Positions 9,689 through 17,876 of a DNA stretch of 64,000 nucleotides are shown one piece after another. The DNA comes from Thermoplasmata archaeon. Lineage in GTDB: Archaea; Thermoplasmatota; Thermoplasmata; GCA-020350865. A model generated the notes under the pieces. It had not been told where the DNA came from. It searched no databases and worked only from the letters and a program-made list of their open reading frames with translations. Where the stretch lies: assembly GCA_020348445.1 (NCBI GenBank), contig CP070751.1:4985087-5049086 (forward strand). Reading direction: 5' to 3'. Numbering within the stretch: the first letter of the stretch is position 1; each line of letters starts with the position of its first letter. A program made the position numbers and the translations under genes.

Positions 9689-9964
9689 TTTTTTCCTCTT
9701 TATTATGATATTATTTTTTTATGTAAAGCATCACTCAATATATAAAGTGGTATTATGTATATATCAACTTTACGCCATGAGAATCTCGAGGCTAAAGCCA
9801 CCTTTTCCCAGGGAAATACAAAAAATCTGTTTATTTATAAACAAGCCATGGGAATGTAGAAATTAAAAAACTCTAGATAATATATCACAAAAAACAACCT
9901 AAAACTTCAATCCAATTAAAGTGGCTGGGTAACCTTAAAAAACCTATAAATCCATGCGGGTGCC

Positions 9965-10537
9965 ATGGATGAAGAGAATTATCTTTTAAAAGGCCAAGCC
10001 TTCTTGGGAATAATAAATTACGTCAAGGAAAGGCGGGGTCAGAGGGGAGTTGAGCAGATATTTTCCATTCTAAAGAAGGAAGCACCGGATATGTACGTGT
10101 CGCCTGATGAGTTCATAACAAAGGAGTCGTATCCCGACCTTCTGTTCATTAAACTTCTTGAGATCATGGACAGGCAGATTGGACAGGGGGACCTTTCAGA
10201 ATGTTACAACTTCGGTCTTTACGATTCCCACCATCTTGGGGTTGCGGGGTATTTTATCTCATTTTTGGGAAATCCCTCCACAGTGATCAAGAAGGCTCCC
10301 AAGTCTTGGAAGTACTACCACAACAAGGGGGAGCTGGTGGTCACTAAATTAGAACCTGGTATCGGGATACTTGAGCTTCGGGACTATATCAAATCCACCA
10401 CGATCTGCAAGCAGCTTGAGGGATTCTTCACAGGCGCTGCAAAGCAGACAAAGGGCAAGAATATACAGGTTAACAAGACAAAATGCAAAAGCCATGGGGA
10501 TTTGGTGTGCGAGTTCACAGTTACATGGGACGAGTAA
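9965..10537 (+). CDS. V4R (4-vinyl reductase)-domain protein
   Basis: C-terminal C...LEGFFTG...KCKSHGDLVCEFTVTW V4R signature. Confidence 0.8.
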   Translation: MDEENYLLKGQAFLGIINYVKERRGQRGVEQIFSILKKEAPDMYVSPDEFITKESYPDLLFIKLLEIMDRQIGQGDLSECYNFGLYDSHHLGVAGYFISFLGNPSTVIKKAPKSWKYYHNKGELVVTKLEPGIGILELRDYIKSTTICKQLEGFFTGAAKQTKGKNIQVNKTKCKSHGDLVCEFTVTWDE

Positions 10538-10680
10538 AAAAATGGGATATAGGTGGTCAGCATAAAACCTCTACTTTATTAAGCTCGAGCTTTCCCCTTC
10601 CATTGCGCAGGGTGGGATTTAGATCTTGGATATTCATCCCTGAAAACCTCAGTGACATATGAAATAAAACCTCAGAAAAA

Positions 10681-12135
10681 TCAGATGAAAATAAAGGATA
10701 AAACGGCGATTACCTCGCTGAATATGATGAACGCCATCACCCCAACCTGGGAAATAGAGCTACCCTTTGCCTCGTGAAGGCCGAACGAGATAACAGGAAG
10801 TCCGATAAATAGCTCCACCACACATTCCATGTACTTCTCTCTCTGCGCCAATACTATGCCCAGGAAAATGAACAGCATCCCAAGACATATGGGAAGTGTG
10901 TTTTTAAGGGCGCTTATCATATCCTCGCACCCTTTTTCTGAAAGGAACCTAATGGCCACCAAAAACAAACCTATAAGCAGCCATAAAAGCACGCTTGCGG
11001 TTTTCATAGAATTCAAGGTGAATTTATCCAGTGTCAAGATCATGAGGCAAAATACCGCGATGAAAGCTCCCGCCCCCACACACAAGGATCGCAATAAATA
11101 TGCTCCTTTCATCTTTTCTATCTCATTCGAAATCATTATCATTGCAGCGCCCGCGATTACCCAGAAAGGGGAAAACGAGGGAGATGAAGAGAAAAGTTTG
11201 GGGATAAAGAAGGAAAATGCACCAAAGAGCACGATGAATACTCCCAAAGAAAGGGCAAGTTCGCTTCTCGCACGTTTTGAAAGGGGTTTTACAAATATGA
11301 GCAAAACATAAATAGGCACAAGGACGGCAATCATTATCAAGGCCTGCTCCAAATCGTACTCGGCATCTAAAAAAAATCCAAATACAAACACTATACAACT
11401 TGCCAGGATAACTCCGGTCAGAATCAAAAGCCCCCTGGTTATGGGTTTTATGCCCCTCGTTTCACCAGGCCCTAAATAATCCTTTGCCAATAGTTCATGC
11501 GGTATACTCTGATCCTTGGTTGTTGTCTTTGCAGCGATAAAATCCTCGGCACAGTACATGCAGGTTATGGAAAAACCAGTTACCCCTTCATCAAGTGTAA
11601 TTGTTTTTATCTCGAAATCGTAATTTATCTTCCCGCAGAACGGGCAGGATATCGCCCTTTCTTCCTCCTTGTCCATCTTCTGTTCTTTTTGGGATTCAGG
11701 TGGTTTTTCTTGGAATTCCCCGTCATCCGAGAGGCGATTTAATATCTCTAAAAGGCCGAGTTTCTCCTCCAGGAACCTGTTAAGTTCAGATATTTTGACT
11801 TCCGAGGATTTACCATTTTTATCCACAAAAAAAATATTTTTATCTGATATGGCCACTTTGATTCTTAGCGCCTCAGCCTGGCCTATATGGGAAAGAAAGT
11901 AAGCGTTCTTGCGTCTCTCCTGTCCATGGAACCTTGCCTTGACCTCCTCGACATAATCCTTTTCCTTAAGATCCTTTAAAGCGGATGCGATGTGGCTTCT
12001 TCTTACACCCACGGCCTCTGCCATACCGTCTTGAGACACATGCTCAGGAACCTCAAAAGAATCCCTGTATTTTGTATACGCTAGAAGATGAATGAGGATT
12101 TTCTCCTTGACTGTTACTCGGACGCGGTCTGCCAT
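10681..12135 (-). CDS. Membrane-tethered transcription regulator: winged HTH, Zn ribbon and multi-TM domain
   Basis: SQDGMAEAVGVRRSHIASALKDLKEKDYV wHTH; CPFCG...CMYC; about 8-9 C-terminal hydrophobic segments. Confidence 0.75.
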   Translation of the reverse strand: MADRVRVTVKEKILIHLLAYTKYRDSFEVPEHVSQDGMAEAVGVRRSHIASALKDLKEKDYVEEVKARFHGQERRKNAYFLSHIGQAEALRIKVAISDKNIFFVDKNGKSSEVKISELNRFLEEKLGLLEILNRLSDDGEFQEKPPESQKEQKMDKEEERAISCPFCGKINYDFEIKTITLDEGVTGFSITCMYCAEDFIAAKTTTKDQSIPHELLAKDYLGPGETRGIKPITRGLLILTGVILASCIVFVFGFFLDAEYDLEQALIMIAVLVPIYVLLIFVKPLSKRARSELALSLGVFIVLFGAFSFFIPKLFSSSPSFSPFWVIAGAAMIMISNEIEKMKGAYLLRSLCVGAGAFIAVFCLMILTLDKFTLNSMKTASVLLWLLIGLFLVAIRFLSEKGCEDMISALKNTLPICLGMLFIFLGIVLAQREKYMECVVELFIGLPVISFGLHEAKGSSISQVGVMAFIIFSEVIAVLSFIFI

Positions 12136-12205
12136 CTGCCGTCACCATTGCTTGCGGGATATAAATTGGTTTTGTTTCACTGGGTAAATTGCGGAAATAT
12201 ATGTT

Positions 12206-12274
12206 GAAAGGAGGTTGCCTTTTTCTGAGGACTCAATCGAAGGCGAGGTTAAACTTCAAAGGCAACCTCCCTTC
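12206..12274. repeat. 17-bp imperfect inverted repeat with 35-nt loop
   Basis: GAAAGGAGGTTGCCTTT (12206-12222) vs AAAGGCAACCTCCCTTC (12258-12274), one mismatch. Confidence 0.8.
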
Positions 12275-12384
12275 TTTTTAGGCGCGTTTTGGCGGAGAAT
12301 GGCAGCATATCAGGAAGTAGAATCACGATTAGGCAAGGGGGCGTATGGGGATTTGATATCCTTCCTATTTTATCATCACTTCAA

Positions 12385-12725
12385 AGCGAATTTATCTTTT
12401 TGGATGAGAAAGTACCGACTCTAGGATTCAGATCAACCTCTTTAACATCCAAAGTGAAATTAACTCAACTGTAATCACTACCAAGAGTACCACGAATTCC
12501 ATCATGATCTCCCTCCCAGAGAGTCGATACTTTCTTTTTAGTTTCGATCTTATCATTCAAATCAGAATCGTAAAATTCGAATGCGAAAGTCCCTTTGCCT
12601 AAAAACACTGGGTTTTCGGTGGGTATAAAAGCGACCTTCGCATTCATGAACACACACATCCTTTGAATAATACTATTAATAATAGGTCTAATAAAAGTTA
12701 TTTTGACATGTAATTGACATGTCAC
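12385..12725 (-). pseudogene. Possible degraded gene fragment with an in-frame TGA
   Basis: ...FAFEFYDSDLND...GDHDGIRGTLGSDYS*VNFTLDVKEVDLNPRVGTF: protein-like beta-rich composition continues past the TGA at 12465-12467. Confidence 0.25.
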
Positions 12726-12771
12726 TTATAAGGTGGATTTCATGTTAATTTATGTACATGGGTAGAAAAAA

Positions 12772-13488
12772 CTAATCCGACTTTTTCCTTTGCTCTCTTT
12801 GGCGCCTTCTTGCCTCCCTTCGTCTCTTTTTCATCATCTCAGGGGAAACTGACTTGGGCATCAGTTCTCTAAGGACGTACCAGAACAGGCCGATTGCAAG
12901 CACTGTGGCAATGAAAAGTGGGCCGTACTTCAATCCTCCCTCTGAGGATATATAGATAAGGAAGAACAGGTTGTATATGGCATGTAAAATGTAGGCCCTG
13001 ATAAAGTAGTTTGCAACCTCGTTTTTTGCGCACCCGTAACCTATCATAACCCCCATTGCCCCGTTAAGAAGGGAGAAATTGAACGAGAGCACAACCAAAT
13101 CAAAATATGTCTGGGGATTTCCCAGAGTTTCGGGATGGGCAGAGAAAACCGAGAACGCTATTGCGATGATGGCCATGGAACCGATACCCAGCCCCAGACC
13201 TGCACCAAAATATACTGTTTCATGTTTGCCCTTCAATCTGGGATAGTTCAGTATGACGAGCTTGGCCAATTCTTCAAAAAACGGAAGTAGGATCACGAGG
13301 ATCACAAATGTGTACTCTATGAGCATGTGAAGCACAGTTATTATCATGCCAAGAACCATGCCCACTGCAAACGTTAAAAATATGTTCTTGCCCGCAAAGA
13401 ACTCTTCGTATCGCCTGAGCAGGATGTACAGCAGTAAAATAGCCGGTGCAAAGCCGATTACGCTCGCCACTGACATTTCAATGTTCAA
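12772..13488 (-). CDS. prsW: PrsW-family intramembrane glutamic/metalloprotease
   Basis: Multi-TM protein with EELAK (EExxK) and HAIYN (HxxxN) motifs. Confidence 0.8.
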   Translation of the reverse strand: MNIEMSVASVIGFAPAILLLYILLRRYEEFFAGKNIFLTFAVGMVLGMIITVLHMLIEYTFVILVILLPFFEELAKLVILNYPRLKGKHETVYFGAGLGLGIGSMAIIAIAFSVFSAHPETLGNPQTYFDLVVLSFNFSLLNGAMGVMIGYGCAKNEVANYFIRAYILHAIYNLFFLIYISSEGGLKYGPLFIATVLAIGLFWYVLRELMPKSVSPEMMKKRRREARRRQREQRKKSD

Positions 13489-13621
13489 TGTATCGGCGCA
13501 GAATGTTTTTTCGGGTAATTAGGGTTTAGGGTTAAATTAAATAAAATTTACAGATTTTATTGGAATAATAAAATGGCTGCGGTAACGTAATGAATAATCA
13601 AGGATGATAAATGAGGTGCAT

Positions 13622-14113
13622 TCAGGTAGAAGGTCTTGATGTGAGATTTGAAAAATTATGTAAGGACTTACCAACTCTTTTTCCAGCACACAAGGCTATC
13701 TTGTACATTTTTGACAGCTCTAATTGCGAAAGCCGCCATTTCATACACCTTAGGGCAAGCCTCCTTTTTTTCTCTTCTATATAAGATCCATCACATTCAG
13801 AGCAATGATAAATTTCCCTAACTTCGCAGAAACCATCGTCTTTTGATTTATATTCTGTGTAAATATCCAATGTATCTATCTTTCCATTTGTCTGTTGATG
13901 AATAAAAAGATGGAGGTAATATGGATATTCGTTGGCAGTTTTCAGTCTTTTTAAAAGGGCAGGATCCAGGGATTTAATTGTATTGTAGATTTCATTTACG
14001 TAGCACACTGCAAACGCTCGGGAAGCCTTCTTAGCCAACTCGATTTCACCCTTAGCCAGATTATTATAATCCTGATTAAAATTGATCTCTTCATCTCCAA
14101 GCAAAGAACTCAT
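13622..14113 (-). CDS. Hypothetical protein (AT-rich, Cys-containing)
   Basis: ORF 13622..14176; GGGGAGGT SD before the ATG at 14113; HCSEC motif. Confidence 0.65.
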   Translation of the reverse strand: MSSLLGDEEINFNQDYNNLAKGEIELAKKASRAFAVCYVNEIYNTIKSLDPALLKRLKTANEYPYYLHLFIHQQTNGKIDTLDIYTEYKSKDDGFCEVREIYHCSECDGSYIEEKKRRLALRCMKWRLSQLELSKMYKIALCAGKRVGKSLHNFSNLTSRPST

Positions 14114-14385
14114 ACTACCTCCCCAGGTCACGAGTTGCACTGTATAATACCGGTGAAGTTGTATAAACCGTTTCAAGTATATGAATGTTTTGAAAATTGT
14201 CTTATATATTTTTAAAATTTGGGACTTTTTCTTAGAAATTTATATAAATATAGTACAAAGTTTAAATAATATTAAATATTATGGGTTATATAAACCGCAT
14301 ACATATGAAATAATTGATATATTCGGTACACCATACTAATATCTCCTCTTGGAATATGTACAGTATATAAATATAATCACTAAAT

Positions 14386-14397
14386 ATATGTACATAT
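14386..14397. promoter_or_regulatory. Perfect 12-bp palindrome upstream of the Lrp/AsnC gene (candidate operator)
   Basis: ATATGTACATAT, with a related AATATGTACA at 14353-14362, in an AT-rich divergent promoter region. Confidence 0.4.
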
Positions 14398-14432
14398 TAA
14401 ATGACGGTTTAAAGAAGGGAGGGACCGGAAAT

Positions 14433-15056
14433 ATGACTAATAAAACCGAATACAGGCCCGATGAATTGGATATTAAAATCATGTCAAGGCTTCAGTCTGA
14501 TTGCAACGTCTCAATCAGGAAACTGGGGAAGATTCTTGGCATTCCCACCTCAACAGTACAGCGGAGGGTGGCTAACCTTCAAGAAAGGGGGATAATCAAG
14601 GGTTACTCTGCCATTCTCAACAAGGAACACCTTGGTTACTTCACGATTTTCTCGCTGATAAAGGTGGCAACCGGTTTTGTCAAGGACGAGGGAGGTTATC
14701 TTGAAAATTTTGCAGAGGATGAGGTAAGAGAGAGGTATAACGTTGAGCATGAACGCTATTTTATAGTGGACTCTGAAAACAATCTTAAAACCAATCCATG
14801 GGAGTTCGTATCAAATGTTCTCGCCTCCTTGACACCAAAGGTTTATGGAGATGATGTGGCAGCTGTTCAAATCATATATGCACTTCACGGAAGGTTCGAT
14901 ATTCTCATCAAGATAGTGGGAACTGATCAGAAGATATGCGGTAAGTACATAGAGGACAAGATCGCGATAATCCCAGGGATTGTGGATACCGAATCTTTTA
15001 CTGTTTTCGACATGAAAAAGGACGACGAAAAACTGCCTTTTTTGACGAAGATCTAG
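14433..15056 (+). CDS. Lrp/AsnC-family transcriptional regulator with an internal insertion
   Basis: DELDIKIMSRLQSDCNVSIRKLGKILGIPTSTVQRRVANLQERGIIKGY HTH; C-terminal RAM-like ALHGRFDILIKI...IPGIVDTES; GGAGGG SD before ATG 14433. Confidence 0.9.
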   Translation: MTNKTEYRPDELDIKIMSRLQSDCNVSIRKLGKILGIPTSTVQRRVANLQERGIIKGYSAILNKEHLGYFTIFSLIKVATGFVKDEGGYLENFAEDEVRERYNVEHERYFIVDSENNLKTNPWEFVSNVLASLTPKVYGDDVAAVQIIYALHGRFDILIKIVGTDQKICGKYIEDKIAIIPGIVDTESFTVFDMKKDDEKLPFLTKI

Positions 15057-15070
15057 AGCCGGCATTTTAC

Positions 15071-15583
15071 TTATTCATCCAATCTATGGTATTCTGGGTC
15101 AGGATGCATATGTAGGAACAGAATGAAATCGTTGGATGGGTTTATCGTTGATTTGGGAATATAGGTTCCCTCTTTGTTCTTCCCGTAAAAGGTTGTGCTC
15201 ATGTTGTACAGATTTATGATATTTCCATTTTCGTTCTCGATGTGAATGTGATTGAAGATAAAAAACGAGGGTTTGTAATTCAAGGATGTGGCATTTACTG
15301 GATCCTGATGTGCATAGTAAGAGCTAAAGCCCTCCTTTGTAAGTTCGTGATCTGTTAAAATCATCTCATTGCTGCAGTATTGGTTGTCCCCCTGATTCCA
15401 AAATATCTTATTGTGGGAATCCACTACATCAACAAGCCCATCATTGTTTACATCCTTTAAGGCAATAGCTGAGGGCGGAACATCTGATACTGTAAGAAGT
15501 GCGCAGGAGGCTACAATGGCCAGTGACACAACAAAGGTCACGCAAAGGGACAATAACTTCATATGCTTCATTTTTAACACCAT
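15071..15583 (-). CDS. Small secreted/membrane-anchored protein with a DxNxDG Ca-binding-like loop
   Basis: N-terminal hydrophobic signal; DVNNDGLVDVV motif. Confidence 0.65.
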   Translation of the reverse strand: MVLKMKHMKLLSLCVTFVVSLAIVASCALLTVSDVPPSAIALKDVNNDGLVDVVDSHNKIFWNQGDNQYCSNEMILTDHELTKEGFSSYYAHQDPVNATSLNYKPSFFIFNHIHIENENGNIINLYNMSTTFYGKNKEGTYIPKSTINPSNDFILFLHMHPDPEYHRLDE

Positions 15584-15616
15584 ATTATAGATGAAAAATA
15601 CGCTATAAATAAAGTC

Positions 15617-15637
15617 TGGTTTAATTTTTGACAGCTA
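15617..15637 (-). promoter_or_regulatory. Conserved 21-bp upstream motif, copy 1 (immediately 5' of a TATA box)
   Basis: Minus strand TAGCTGTCAAAAATTAAACCA followed by TTTATTTATA; 18/21 identical to copy 2. Confidence 0.6.
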
Positions 15638-15647
15638 AAGTAATCAA

Positions 15648-16277
15648 TTAATCAGCAATAAAATATCGACATCTGTTAATCTCTCGAACTTCTATTACTT
15701 CACCTTTTTTCACAAGGGGTTTTATGTTGTAGTTCACAACCTGCCTGCTTATCCCTAGAATAGATGCGATTTGGGTTTGGGAGAGGCCCTCTTTATCCTT
15801 GATGGCAAGTAAAATCTGTTCCTGGATTTTCGAAACCTCAGATGCCTTCTGCCCTGTTAGATAATAGCGGGTGTATTTCCCTGTTCTTTTTGATTTGATG
15901 TATCCTTCCCGCTCAAGGACCCTGACGTGATATTGGCATTCACCCGCAGCCAATCTAAGTTCCCGTGTGATTGTTCCGAAGGTTATTCCGGGATTTCTTG
16001 AGATGATATCGTAGATGTTTTCCCTGGTTTGGTTTAAGAAAAGGTTGGCTGGGGTTTTATGGTAAAGTGGTATTATAAGAAATGGTATGTCAACGATACC
16101 TTGATCATCTAAATTTATAAGATCATCATATTTTTCGACACTTGTTACAGAGCCAAAGTCCCGCTCATCTTCATCATCGATTTCACTTACTCCCGATAAA
16201 AAGGTTGAGAAGGTTATTAATATTACAAGGGCCAGTCCAATAATATGGGATAATTTTAAGTTCAGCATGATATTCAC
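15648..16277 (-). CDS. N-terminally membrane-anchored tandem winged-helix regulator
   Basis: One N-terminal TM, then RENIYDIISRNPGITFGTITREL...YHVRVLEREGYI and a second HTH LSQTQIASILGISRQVVNYNI. Confidence 0.85.
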   Translation of the reverse strand: MNIMLNLKLSHIIGLALVILITFSTFLSGVSEIDDEDERDFGSVTSVEKYDDLINLDDQGIVDIPFLIIPLYHKTPANLFLNQTRENIYDIISRNPGITFGTITRELRLAAGECQYHVRVLEREGYIKSKRTGKYTRYYLTGQKASEVSKIQEQILLAIKDKEGLSQTQIASILGISRQVVNYNIKPLVKKGEVIEVREINRCRYFIAD

Positions 16278-16314
16278 CCAATTATTTTAATAATGCAACT
16301 TTATTTAAACCTAT

Positions 16315-16335
16315 TGGTTGGATTTTTGACAGTTA
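16315..16335 (-). promoter_or_regulatory. Conserved 21-bp upstream motif, copy 2 (immediately 5' of a TATA box)
   Basis: Minus strand TAACTGTCAAAAATCCAACCA followed by TTTAAATAAA. Confidence 0.6.
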
Positions 16336-16356
16336 TTATTGGTATGATTTGATTTA

Positions 16357-17631
16357 CTAGACCTGTTTTCTAAAGATCAAAATGTTCTCCTTCTGAATCA
16401 CATTGTAGAGTCCGAAGATGATCTTGTCCATGTTTTTTTCAAGTTTAAGGCCTATCTTCTCACAGTACTTTATAGTCTTATCCACGGTCCTTAGCTCTTG
16501 GCCCGAAATTGTTGCGTTGCCTATCACGATAACGCAGTATTTCCCGTTCTTCAAAACACGGTACATCTCGTCATAGCTTTTCTCCATATCTTTTTCGTAG
16601 AGTTCAACCTTTGTTTTAGCGGTTCCGCGAACTCCTATGAAGTCATCCTTTACCTTTTTAAGATCATAGCCTAGGGCCTCCAATGCATGGGCATCGTTTT
16701 TGACATAATCAAGGGCAATAGAGTATGGTGGAGAGGTAATTATTCCGTCCACACTTTCATCTTTCAATTTCAGGTTTCGCGCGTCACCGAAATTTATATC
16801 CACATTCCCCAAAGGAAGTTTCAATTCTTCAACCACTTTCTTGAAATCAAGTGTGGAGGAAAGCATCTTTTCCACGTTATTTTTAAAGGAGCCAAAAAAA
16901 TCCTTTTTTCTTCTTCTGCTCCTGTCGCTGTGTGCGATCAGTTCTGCCACCTTGTAAAAGTTTCTTGCTTTTTTGTCTTTGATTTTGTTTATCATCTCGC
17001 CTAAGTTTCCAATCTTCGAGGGAGCGTCCTTATCGTAACTGTAGAGCGTGGGTTCTTTTCCTTCCTCAATTAAGGTATCCTTCATTTCCTCTATATTAGA
17101 AAGAGCATCAAGAGATTCGGTCTTTACTTTGGAGATCAGAACACAGACCTGGGAGACATCTATTCCAATGGAGTTTATTCCTAAGAGTTGGCACTCCAAA
17201 GCCGTTGTCCCACTCCCGATAAAGGGATCAAGTATCACGTCCCCTTTTTTTATATCTATAACATTTAAAAGAGCACGTATCATCTGCGGGTGGTACTTAC
17301 CCTTGTAGGGATAAATCCAGTGGGTCAGGTATTGATTGGGCGAACGGGTGCGGTTGTAGCCCACTATTTTGGCGTAATCTGTTGTTTCTCCGTTGACCTT
17401 CTGAAAATAGGCTAGCCTGTTTTTGAGATAGCTGGTATCCTCTAGGGCTTTGCATTCGAAGGTTCTGAGATTGTCTGCAACAGAAAAATCCACCCCGAGG
17501 ACTTGAAGCTCGTACTTTGCCAGGGCAAGCTCGTAGATGAATTGTACATTGTCGAATAGTGAAAGCTGCATAGGGTTTGATGAAGGGGAACTTTTAATAT
17601 GTGTGCCGGAATTTATTTTATGCATCTTCAT
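16357..17631 (-). CDS. DNA amino-methyltransferase, probably N4-cytosine, alpha-type motif order; orphan within this window
   Basis: Motif I DPFIGSGTT precedes motif IV ITSPPY; HWIYPYKGKYHPQM. Start reassigned from 17697 to the ATG at 17631 (GGAG SD). Confidence 0.85.
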   Translation of the reverse strand: MKMHKINSGTHIKSSPSSNPMQLSLFDNVQFIYELALAKYELQVLGVDFSVADNLRTFECKALEDTSYLKNRLAYFQKVNGETTDYAKIVGYNRTRSPNQYLTHWIYPYKGKYHPQMIRALLNVIDIKKGDVILDPFIGSGTTALECQLLGINSIGIDVSQVCVLISKVKTESLDALSNIEEMKDTLIEEGKEPTLYSYDKDAPSKIGNLGEMINKIKDKKARNFYKVAELIAHSDRSRRRKKDFFGSFKNNVEKMLSSTLDFKKVVEELKLPLGNVDINFGDARNLKLKDESVDGIITSPPYSIALDYVKNDAHALEALGYDLKKVKDDFIGVRGTAKTKVELYEKDMEKSYDEMYRVLKNGKYCVIVIGNATISGQELRTVDKTIKYCEKIGLKLEKNMDKIIFGLYNVIQKENILIFRKQV

Positions 17632-17742
17632 TCTCCAAAGGTAAACATCACCCAATGTATTTGAGGATATATTATGGTTCTGAGATGATAACCCCAACGT
17701 TTAAATCTCTGAAAGTGGTTTTAGAAGTTCCCTATTCAGATC

Positions 17743-17845
17743 GCCGGGGTGACAGAGAGGCTATGTGGCGGACTGCAGATCCGCAGACGGGAGTTCAAAT
17801 GTCTTGCCCCAATTTGGAGCGGACTTGAAAATCTCCCCCCCGGCT
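17743..17845 (+). tRNA. tRNA-Cys(GCA) with a 32-nt intron in the T-loop (about 17800-17831)
   Basis: Acceptor GCCGGGG/CCCCGGC; anticodon arm GCGGA-CTGCAGA-TCCGC; T-stem GGGAG/CTCCC separated by 39 nt instead of 7; U73 discriminator; CCA not encoded. Confidence 0.9.
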
Positions 17846-17876
17846 TCATACTGAGTTTGGATTTTGGGGATTTTGC

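Noticed and set aside
10581-10592. Perfect palindrome AAGCTCGAGCTT between convergent genes
   Set aside because: A single 12-bp palindrome with no loop or supporting context.
12224-12256. CTGAGGA inside the hairpin loop resembles the hammerhead CUGANGA core
   Set aside because: No GAAA follows the putative stem II and there is no stem III/NUH site.
12465-12467. Selenocysteine readthrough of the in-frame TGA
   Set aside because: No Sec machinery in the window, no redox motif context and no convincing SECIS.
13707-13719. Third ATTTTTGACAGCT match to the 21-bp promoter motif
   Set aside because: It lies inside a CDS, lacks the TGGTT part and has no adjacent TATA box; probably chance.
13500-17742. 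Integrative element using tRNA-Cys as attB
   Set aside because: The block lies 5' of the tRNA, no partial tRNA-Cys repeat is visible at its far end, and there is no integrase.
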